From positions 17,646,025 to 17,710,024 of the forward strand of contig CM119270.1 of NCBI GenBank assembly GCA_051294375.1: DNA of 64,000 bases, in the 5' to 3' direction. The DNA comes from Paraspadella gotoi (taxonomy: Eukaryota; Animalia; Chaetognatha). Both the position numbers and the translations under genes were made by a program. This document shows, piece by piece, positions 53,173 to 64,000 of this stretch (position 1 is its first letter; the number at the start of each line of letters is the position of its first letter). The notes under the pieces were generated by a model. The model did no database searches, was not told the DNA's origin, and saw nothing but the letters and a program-made list of their open reading frames with translations.

Positions 53173-53844
53173 GTTTGTTTTTTGTTTTTTACCCCTAGAT
53201 CTTTCTATCTTTTATTTTTTCTGTCTTACTGTTTTTGTTTTTTTTATCTTTCTTTTTTTTTCTTTGTCTTTTTTTCATCCTTTCTGTCACTTTGTTATTT
53301 AGTTTTTTTTTGGCGAAGTTTCTTTCTATTTTCGTCGACTTTTTTCTTTCTAGTAAAATCTCTCGTAGAGTGACTCAACTTTTTTCTCCAAATTGAGACA
53401 AATAGTTCGTCTCGTCAGTTCTTCTTTTAGTTTCACGAGTTAGAATATGAAATTTGAGACACTGAAATTAATAGTAAAATATGTATTGTAAAGTATAATT
53501 TTTTGTTACGGAACAGCGAAAAGGACAGTGATGACCAATGATGACGGACTCACCGACAAACTGATTTACTGTCATCACTTTTAAAAGATGACATTTGTAA
53601 AAGAGTGAGAAGACGGAGAAAACAAGGCCAGGACAAAGAAGACAAAGATGAAGACAATGACGACAGAATAACTGAGACAATAATATTTCGACGACGACAA
53701 GGACGACGATTAGAACGACGATCGAATGACGACGACGACGACGACGACTGAACGACACGATGGATAACACGATCGAATGACAAACGGAAAGAGAAAAACC
53801 TGGGCGACGCTCCTGATTTCACAGCTCTCTCTCTCTCTTCCTTC

Positions 53845-53877
<33 letters not shown>

Positions 53878-53996
53878 CTCTCTTCTCTCTCTCTTCTCTC
53901 TCTACTCTCTCTCTCTGTCACTCTTCCTTCTATTCTTGGCTCAAGCCGGGAAACAAAGTGAAGATGAGAAAAAAGAAAGAAAGGAAAGAAAGTAAA

Positions 53997-54074
<78 letters not shown>

Positions 54075-54381
54075 CATAGAGAAAGGAAGGAAGAAGACGA
54101 AATGGGGGCGAAGATTAGGTTTAGCGAGTTACACTGATAGCCTCTGTAATGGCGGTGGCAACTAGACCGACAGTAACGACGCCGACGACGACGACGACAA
54201 CGACGACGACGACTACCATCCACCTCGCGCTCGACTCGGGATACGAAGACGATTTATTTAAATTAACCTTAACGCTCTTTTGTCCCTGCGCAGTTGAGGG
54301 GCGAAGGAGGCGCAGTTCTGCTATTTGACGCTCGGGAGATGGCGTCGCTTGTTTATGTGACAATCGTGGAACAAACAGGAA

Positions 54382-54444
<63 letters not shown>

Positions 54445-55327
54445 AATTACCGAGTCATTAACCGACCACCGGAAAAGCTACTTTAGTATTGATACAATAC
54501 AATACAATACAAAACAATTGTAAGTGAAACGTCGCTGACCGGATCTGAGTTATACTAAAAAATGGAGCATTGTTGTCCACGACGACGACGACGATGATGA
54601 TGATAATAATGATGATGATGATTGATAATGATGATTATGATGATGATGACGAGGATTATGATACTTTTGATAGTGATAATAAGGATGGATATGATAAAAT
54701 CGTCGTCTATTAATTTTGCTCAACAAAAATAATCCAACTAATTTCACGTCATTTTTTCTTTGTTTTTTTTTCTGTTTGTCGCTGACTAATTCTTGGATGC
54801 AGGTAAGTCAATCATAGTTAGTTTTAGTTATACGTATTATTCGAAGTTATTACAGTTTATCCCTCGCAATTTTTTTATATTATTTTTGGGAAGAGGACAT
54901 TAAGTTTACGTCTCTACTCTTTATTCAATTTATCGTTTCTGCTTCTACAACATTTTACTTTGTAAGAGGAAGTTTAACGAGAATGTGGTTTGTGGAGCAA
55001 TTGGAAAATCATTAGTTGGAAAAAACATCTATTTCGTTGTTCTCTTTTTTTTTTTTTGTCGATGTCGGCTTTTGCTACGATGCTATCTATCAAACGATAC
55101 GGAAAACAGTGTGGACAAAAGATCAACGCTCATTTATTTAAATATAATACACAAAAGGACCAGTGTTTTTAAGTCACCGTAAAAAAAATAAAGAATGACG
55201 GATCATTTTAAAAACAATTTGAAATAATTACTAAATTAAATATAAAATGTGGCGATAACATTATTTTTAAAACTACTTTGCTGATTAATCCTCGTGCAAG
55301 TTATTTCCATTGCTCTTGAAACAAAAG

Positions 55328-55414
55328 GGAAGTTTCTGTTCGCCGTTCGGAGACTCGCTCTGTCGAGTGGAGGAAGAACTAAGACTTGAACGATGCTATT
55401 ATGTTTTGATCAAA
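55328..55414 (+). CDS. Candidate internal exon GSFCSPFGDSLCRVEEELRLERCYYVLIK
   Basis: aag| acceptor and AAA|GTAAGG donor; 87 nt with only one open frame; GC-rich relative to flanks. Confidence 0.4.
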
Positions 55415-56288
55415 GTAAGGTTTCCAGTTTCTTTTAGCAAATCAATACGTTTTCATAAATTCATTGTTTGTTTCGTTATAATATGATTCTTTATTCCGTC
55501 TCGTGTCGGAGTAGAACATTGTTAAAGTTGGTGATCGGTTTTAAAATCTATAAATAAGAATCAAAGGTCAACATTGGTTTTTATTTATGTATCTTTTTTT
55601 ATTTTACTTTTACTTTCAAACATTAATAAAAGCAAGTACTTTTGAAATTCTCGTTTTGATAAAATTCGTGAGAGAATTTATTTTTTTCAAATAATTTTTA
55701 TATTTTTCGTTTCGGTAAAAAAAAATGGATATCGGGTTTCGGCCTCAGTTATCGAAAAAAGTTTTATTTGATATTCATAGAAGTTAATGGGAAAAATAAC
55801 CGTTTAAAATACCTCCTTAAAAATTAATGTTTTGATTTCAAGAGTTTATCTATGAGCCATGACTTTGGTTTTTAAGTAAAGTATAATGACAGCATTGTTT
55901 TACTTTATCAAGATGTATTAATATGAATATCGAAAATAGAAACGAGAAACTGGATTCCGTATCGTGATTTGATGACATTTAGGTTATATTCGTAGATAAA
56001 AGATTTCGTTTGACAACAATAATATTGATATTAATAATTAATAAATTGGTTGTTCCCCGTATTTCTTCTTTATTCCCGCCTTCCTTTCGAAATTCAGGCA
56101 AGTTCAATTATTCATTTCATTTAAAATTTATTTATTTAGTTTTATTTTAAAAAAAAACCAATTCATTTAAAAACGATTAAAAAACAAAACTTCCCGATGT
56201 TTCTTGAGTTTTTGTCTTCTGATGCTTGTGACGTGAAAGAGTGAAAAAGAAGGTGAGTCAACATCGAAAAGGAGAGGAAAAATCCAAT

Positions 56289-56370
<82 letters not shown>

Positions 56371-57016
56371 ATAAGAAAAATATTGGGTCTTCCCATGAAT
56401 TTTTCATGTCCGCTTTTTTTTTCGCGGGTTTTTTGTGGTCGGGCGGGGCTTCCCACGGACAGAAGTCTTCAGCGCACGTACTCTCCCCTTTTGCTACTTC
56501 TTGTATCGGGACAAAAAGGGGACATTTTTTAGTCGACGGATTTCGCTTGTATTTTTTGGTGCAAGCTTAAGCACAAACATACAGCTTTCTACTTATCTAT
56601 TCCATGTACGTTTCAGTATTCGCTCCTTTTTATCGGCCCTTTCTTTCTTTCTCTCTCTCTTTCGTCATTCCTGTTTACCCGTTCCATACATATTCTATTC
56701 CCGTTGATCCGGCCATGACAGGTCGTCACTCTTTCATCTCCCCCTTGTCACTGCTAACACCCTTGACCACCTGTCTGTTGTAACCCCTGTCACCCCTTTT
56801 CACTCCTTGTCAAACCTGTCACCCATGTCAGCCCTTATCGGCGACGTGATTCACTATCGTCATCGCTACTCGTGATGTCGAATTAATCCGATCACAATTT
56901 TTGATTCGACCGAAAGAGAAGCAAATCTCAAAAAGAAAGAGACGCAAGACTCACAGGTTGACCTGAACTCACTCGTCGTCCGGGTTGTTCCTTAATACTC
57001 TACAAAATTGGAGGGG

Positions 57017-57465
57017 ATTCATTCATTCATTCATTCATTCATTCATTCATTCATCATTCATTCATTCATTCATCATTCATATCATTCATTCACTCATTCA
57101 TTCATTCATCATTCATCATTCATTCATATCATTCTTCATTCATATCATTCATAATATTCAATATCATTCATTCATTCCATTTCTTCATTCACTCATTCGT
57201 ATTTCATATCATTCATTCATTCATTCATTCATTCATATAAATTCATATCATTTATCATTCATTCATTCATATAATAGTTCATTCACTTTCGATTCATTCA
57301 TTCACGCAAAATTCATTATCATTCATTCATTATTCATTCATTTCATTCATCACATCGTCAATAATTCAGTTCATCTCGTATATCATTCATTCATTGCATT
57401 GCATATACTATTTCATTCATTCATTTCATTCATTAATTCATTCATTCTATCATTTCATTCATTAA
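57017..57465 (+). repeat. (ATTC)n microsatellite
   Basis: Directly visible; also at ~51405-51525. Confidence 0.9.
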
Positions 57466-57750
57466 TACTATTTTTCAAGGAAGACAAGCTTCTAATCCGA
57501 AGCGCAGGTTTTTAATCTCAGTCTTCCTTACCTTTCGCTTTATTCTTCGACGATCCGCCCTTTCCTCCAGCGTTTCGCCCAGCGCCAGAATTCCTCCACC
57601 TTTTCACCAATCGTGACTTACCTATCAACGGAATTCCTCACCCGACTCGCCCTCTATCGCCGAGAATTCCTTTTACTCTTGTTTCAGGTTGCCAGACTTT
57701 TTTTTTTTTGCTTTTGGCCTGCTCTCTCTCTTCTCCCTCCTCGCTTCTCT

Positions 57751-57786
<36 letters not shown>

Positions 57787-57815
57787 CCACCCTCTCTCTC
57801 TTTTCCTCCTCTCTC

Positions 57816-57847
<32 letters not shown>

Positions 57848-58085
57848 TCCTCTCCTCTCTCTCTCTCTCTGCTCTTCTCTCTCTTCTCCCACCCTCTCTC
57901 CCTCCTCTTTTTTTTCCTCTCTCTCGTTCTCTCTCTCTCTCGTCCTCTCTCTCTCCTCCCATCTCTCTCTCCATCTCTCTCTCCAGTCGTCCCTCTTCTC
58001 TCTCCTNNNNNNNNNNNNNNNNNNNNNNNNNTCATTCATTCATTCATTCATTCAATAATTCATTCATTCAATAATTCATTCATTC

Positions 58086-58332
58086 ATTAATACTAATTTT
58101 TCAAGGAAGACAAGCTTCTAATCCGAAGCGCAGGTTTTTAATCTCAGTCTTCCTTACCTTTCGCTTTATTCTTCGACGATCCGCTTTCCTCCCGCGTTCG
58201 CCCAGCGCCAGAAATTCCTCACCTTTTCACCCAATCGTGACTTACCTTATCAGGAATTCCTCACCCGACTCGCCCTTCTATCGCCGAGAATTCTTTTCTC
58301 TTGTTTCAGGTTGCCAGACTTTTTTTTGCTTT
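58086..58332 (+). repeat. Local re-copy of ~57460-57714 across a 25-N gap
   Basis: TTTTCAAGGAAGACAAGCTTCTAATCCG...GTTGCCAGAC appears twice. Confidence 0.85.
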
Positions 58333-59866
58333 NNNNNNNNNNNNNNNNNNNNNNNNNNNNNNNNNNNNNNNNNNNNNNNNNNNNNNNNNNNNNNNNNNNN
58401 NNNNNNNNNNNNNNNNNNNNNNNNNNNNNNNNNNNNNNNNNNNNNNNNNNNNNNNNNNNNNNNNNNNNNNNNNNNNNNNNNNNNNNNNNNNNNNNNNNNN
58501 NNNNNNNNNNNNNNNNNNNNNNNNNNNNNNNNNNNNNNNNNNNNNNNNNNNNNNNNNNNNNNNNNNNNNNNNNNNNNNNNNNNNNNNNNNNNNNNNNNNN
58601 NNNNNNNNNNNNNNNNNNNNNNNNNNNNNNNNNNNNNNNNNNNNNNNNNNNNNNNNNNNNNNNNNNNNNNNNNNNNNNNNNNNNNNNNNNNNNNNNNNNN
58701 NNNNNNNNNNNNNNNNNNNNNNNNNNNNNNNNNNNNNNNNNNNNNNNNNNNNNNNNNNNNNNNNNNNNNNNNNNNNNNNNNNNNNNNNNNNNNNNNNNNN
58801 NNNNNNNNNNNNNNNNNNNNNNNNNNNNNNNNNNNNNNNNNNNNNNNNNNNNNNNNNNNNNNNNNNNNNNNNNNNNNNNNNNNNNNNNNNNNNNNNNNNN
58901 NNNNNNNNNNNNNNNNNNNNNNNNNNNNNNNNNNNNNNNNNNNNNNNNNNNNNNNNNNNNNNNNNNNNNNNNNNNNNNNNNNNNNNNNNNNNNNNNNNNN
59001 NNNNNNNNNNNNNNNNNNNNNNNNNNNNNNNNNNNNNNNNNNNNNNNNNNNNNNNNNNNNNNNNNNNNNNNNNNNNNNNNNNNNNNNNNNNNNNNGAGAG
59101 AGAGAGAGAGAGAGACGGTATGAAAAATCGTGGACGAAGAAAGAAAAGAATATTGTCGTGGGATTCCAAATGTCAGGAAAAGAAAAGAGAAAAAAAATAA
59201 CAGTTGAATGAAGGAACGTGAAAACGGTGTATGTATAAACGTATTTTCTCATTATTAAATTAACAAAACTCAACAATTTAATGATTAATACTGTTTATTA
59301 AGATTGACGTGCCACAACGGAGCACTATACAAGTGAAAATTATCTAATCTTATCTTTTTATGCAATGAAATACTTCACGAAAACAAAACATAACACTATA
59401 TTGATAGTGAATCTTTGGGAATTAATAAACTTAAATAAATGGAGTACAGTGATATAAGGAATCTTGCAATTTTTATGAATAAATAATTTTCGTTTTCAGG
59501 ATCAAAAACTTGCTTTAACTATAATTGAAAAATTCATTGTTGCTTAATGAACTATAATATTCTTTTTAATAATTATCAAGGATGTTTTACCTAACCTTTA
59601 TAAATAATCTTTTTTAAAAATAATGAAAAAAACAATAAGTTAATGACATTGTCAAGTTTTAAAAAAATGTGTAAAATAAGTGTCCATGGCATTGCATAGC
59701 TGTTATAGCTCGTTAGAAATTCTCTAAATGAGACTGAACCCGTTAAAAATACCAATTCATCGAATGGCATCCTCTCCAGACTTTCGCCTCCATCTTTTCT
59801 TTCAAATTCGATTCCATTTTTCTTAGGCCAAATATTTCACGTTCCCTTCCAAACCACGAACGATCC

Positions 59867-59991
<125 letters not shown>

Positions 59992-61469
59992 GCTCGCTTG
60001 CTTTCGCTCTGCAATTTTCACGTCTCCTCTTCTTGATTAGCTCATCCACGCGGAGGAAAATTAACAATTTTAGATTCTTCCCTTTTTTTCTCTCATCATT
60101 TCATCAATTTCTTTTCTCCTGTCTATCCTATCTTTGTTTCCTCTCTATTTGATTTTTTTCTTCTCTACTTCTTCTCTTTTTCCTCCGACTAGCCTCGTTC
60201 CTCCCCTTAACACGTCGATGCTCCTTTTGTGAAAATAGATGAACTGGCGGCGACACGCCGGGATTAATGCACGGTGAACACGGTGGCGAAAAATAAGTAA
60301 AAAAATAACTATGTTGTAACACGAAATCCGAAGCATGAGATTGCTTATTTAAATTAAAAAAGCAAGCTTGGTAAAATTCGTTTGAAAAAAGAAATTAGCA
60401 TACCCTGCTCTTTAAACAAATCAGCAATCTACTGAATGTCTGCTAACCATATGTATATATTTAGTCATTAGTCTAAGGAGAACGAGTAAGCTTCCAAGGT
60501 ACGGAAAGTCCGAAAACGCCCGTTAAAAAACCAGTCGCACTTTGGAGTCCATCCGCTACCATCATCAAGATGACAAATTTTCGTGATGCTCCACCGCACG
60601 GGCTTTCCCAAGACGCCCCGCTTTGTCGAAATCTAACATATTTTTTATTAATATTTAATTGGTCTGTCAGGCGCCGGAATTAAGAGTGACCAAAAAAAAA
60701 GCTGTGGTGGGTCGAAGGAGATGGAGAGAAAATCGGGCCGTGTGGGGGCGTTGAAACCGGACATCCTGATCCCCCTAAAATTCCCCCATCGCCCCGAAAG
60801 ACGAATATGTTTTATCTAGATTGCTTCCCCTTTTCTTTTTCTCTCATCATTTCATCAATGTCTTTCTCCCCCTGTGTGTCTATCCTATCTTTTGTTTCCC
60901 TCTCTTATTTGATTTTTCTTCCTCTACTTCTTCTCTTTTTGTCCTCCGACCTAGCCTCGTTCCTCCCCTGTACATCGTCGATCTGCTCCTTTTTTGTGAA
61001 ATTTATTCCTCTTTTTTCAGTGTCAGTTTACTTACTTTTTTTGGGGGGATTCCCTTATATTTCCCCCTTCGCGTTGGACAATTTTTCAAAATTCTTAGGG
61101 GGGTTTTCCTTTACGATTTCATCTTATTTTACTTTTGTTTCTTCCAAATTTTTTTCTTTCTGATATCACCGTGGGGGATAATTTTTTTTCTTTAAATAGT
61201 ACAAATTGTCGGGAACCAAGTTTATTATATTAATCAAAAAAGGAACAAACGGAGTGGGAAGAAGAGGGAGGGAAAAAAAAGTGATTTTGTTAGTAGGAGC
61301 TGTGAAGAAAGACTGAAAGGAGGAGGAGAAGAGAGCAGATAGGGGAGTGAGCAGACGAGAGGAGCAGAGAGAGGAGAGATGAGAGAGAAAGAGGACACAG
61401 AGCATAGAGAGGTGCGTTAGAGAAGGAAAGAAAGAAGAAAGATAAGCTTTCTTAATTTTTTATATTTAG

Positions 61470-61681
61470 AATAGAAAAGAATTTAAAGAGAAAAAGAAGA
61501 AAAGAAAAAAGAGAAAGGACAAGTGAGAAGAAAGAAGTATATCAGAAAGAAAGAAAGGAAAAGAAAGAAAGACAAAAGAACAGCGAGAAAACCGAATACT
61601 ATAAAAAAGTCAAAAAAAAGCAAAAAATAAAAGAAAAATTAAAGGGAAAAAGAAAAAAAAAAAAAAAAAAAAAAAAAAAAA

Positions 61682-61748
<67 letters not shown>

Positions 61749-62075
61749 NNNNNNNNNNNNNNNNNNNNNNNNNAAAAAAAAAGGAAAAAGAAAAAGAAAA
61801 GAAAAAAGGAAAAAGAAATAAAAAAGAAATAGAAAGAAAAAAAATGAAAAAAAATATAAAAGAAAAGAAAGGATTAAAAAAAGAAAAGAAAAGAGAAAAG
61901 AAAAAGGAAAAAAAAAGAAAAGAAAAGAGAAAAGAAAAAGAAAAAAAAAGAAAGAGAAAATAAAAGAAAATGAAAAGAAAAGATAAAAGGAAAAGGAAAA
62001 AAGAAAAAAAAAGAAAAAAGAAAAGAAAAAAGTAAAGAAAAAGAAAAGAAAAAGGAAGAAGAAAGAAAAAAGGAA
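61470..62075 (+). repeat. Poly-A/(GAAAA)n purine tract
   Basis: Directly visible; a complementary (CTTTT)n tract lies at ~63395-63720. Confidence 0.9.
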
Positions 62076-62826
62076 TTAGATCAAGGGCGCGAATCTTCCG
62101 TCACTTTTACGTCAATTAAGCTTTCCTTCCTTCGCGTCAATTTTGGACAACGAGAGACGATGGCGTCGATTCTTGCGCGAATAAAACGCTGACGTGGCGC
62201 CACGGAATGAGGGGGGCGTCGGGGGGGAGACAAGGGGGCGTGGCGATAGAAGCCGATTATTCATCGATACGGAGGCGCAACTTTTCTTTGTTAATGTATA
62301 ATTTTCACGACGTGTTTTCGTAAATGTGACTTAACTAAACTATTGAATACAACAATGACTATTAGCCTCCAAATTTAAAATTCTGTTTGCCTCAACCCTC
62401 AATCGCATCGTGATAGGGAGAGCGATGACAATTTTTTTTTTTCCTAAACACAAATTTAGATTTAATAAAAGTTAAATTATGAGCGTTGCTACAAAAATTA
62501 TTGATAGATATATACTATGAATACTTTAATGCATGGCATGAGTAAAAAGTGTAAAAAATAATAATATTTGATGTTGGAAAAACTAAAAAGAATTAAATCA
62601 ATATTTCTTACTTCCGAAAACTCTAAATTGTTCACTTTCCTCTCATCGGANNNNNNNNNNNNNNNNNNNNNNNNNNNNNNNNNNNCTAGATGAGAATGCT
62701 TTTATTATCAGCTCTTTTTAAAATTATCCCTTTTATCGCCTTGAAAATTCGGCGACTTTAACAACCGTCGCGGAGGTCCGAAGAGAGAGAGAGAGAGAGA
62801 GAGAGAGATGTTAACGAGGAAGAGAG

Positions 62827-62878
<52 letters not shown>

Positions 62879-64000
62879 AGACGCTTTGTCGGTTCGATAA
62901 AGTAAATTTTGTGGTAAGAAAAGGCGGGAAATAGACAAGAGTTGAAAGCCTCATAAAAAGATCGTAAAAAAAGGATCGGCCTTGACCGGGTTTCGATGAT
63001 GCGTTGGGATCGGAAANNNNNNNNNNNNNNNNNNNNNNNNNNNNNNNNNNNNNNNNNNNNNNNNNNNNNNNNNNNNNNNNNNNNNNNNNNNNNNNNNNNN
63101 NNNNNNNNNNNNNNNNNNNNNNNNNNNNNNNNNNNNNNNNNNNNNNNNNNNNNNNNNNNNNNNNNNNNNNNNNNNNNNNNNNNNNNNAGCAGAAGGAAAG
63201 ATGGTAAGGAAGAATTGCGAATTGTAACGAAGACGAGGAGGAACTGAAAGAATCGGAGAGATTACAATGGAAATGTTACAATCGATGATTACAATAGGGA
63301 CGTCGAATTGGCGGGAAAATGAGTTCGCCGAATGAAAGGGATACGAAAATCTTCATTCTGCCGAAATCGGCTTCGTTCGTGGAGTTTTTACTAATCTCTT
63401 TTCTTTTCTTTTGTTTTCTTTTCTTTTCTTTTCTTTTCTTTTCTTTTCTTTTCTTTTTTTCTTTCTTGTTTTTTTATTTCTTTTCTCTTCTTTTCTTTTC
63501 TCTTATTTTCTTTTCTTTTTTTTTTGTTTTGTTTTCTTTTTTTTCTTTTATTTTTCTTATATTTTCTTTCCTTTTCTTTTCTTTTCTTTTCTTTTATTTT
63601 CTTTCCTTTTATTTTCTTTTCTTTTCTTTTTTTCTTTTCTTGTTTTTTTTATATTTTTTTTTCTCTTCTTTTCTTTTCTCTTATTTTCTTTTCTTTTCTT
63701 TTATTTTCGTTTTTTATTTTCTTCTCTTATCTATTTTCTCATTTTTACCTATTATTTTCCCTGTTCTCTCTCTCTTTCTCCCATTCCGCTTCGGTTCCAT
63801 CCAACTTTTCCCGCCAACAGAATCGAATGACCTTTTCGTTGACTTTGAATTTTTCTCTCAGAAAATTGTTGAGGATGAATGAAGTGAAAAGAGAGGGACA
63901 TCCTTGGACCAGAAAAAATTCCATCATGAGTTTTACTTTTTTTTTTCTCCCGTTCTCTCTGAATCTCACTGTTTCTCTCTCTTTCTTTCTTTCTTTCTTT

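Noticed and set aside
60070-61005. ~170-bp direct repeats around 570 bp of odd sequence, superficially LTR-like
   Set aside because: No TG..CA ends, TSD or ORF; the copies differ by indels, so it is probably a noisy read.

Overview
This is AT-rich, intron-containing eukaryotic (probably invertebrate) genomic DNA, dense in microsatellites, from a draft assembly. Eight gaps are exactly 25 N, and several sit beside indel-riddled re-copies of nearby sequence: 1-11046 recurs at ~14768-26588, ~27684-32238 recurs at ~32239-36950, and there are smaller local re-copies. Much of the apparent duplication is therefore probably long-read gap-fill artefact. The best-supported gene is an 8-exon minus-strand gene (ATG at 29986, stop at 22849, cleaner copies of the last two exons at 10745-10995 and 8099-8472). 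It encodes an unrecognised ~730-aa putatively secreted protein with a helical N-half, Gly/Ser linkers, polybasic sites and a Cys-rich ephrin-receptor-like (GCC2/3-type) tail; one intron appears to use a GC donor. Also present: a basic ATG-led exon at 3795, an Asp/Thr-rich frameshifted ORF at ~52.4-53.2 kb, a 21-bp GCCATCTT array, and four non-autonomous transposon-like elements (Tc1/mariner-like, Kolobok-like, Helentron/HINE-like, AT-rich foldback). I found no rRNA, tRNA, CRISPR array or transposase/RT ORF. I cannot demonstrate a new biological system; the secreted gene and the 21-bp array are the best leads.
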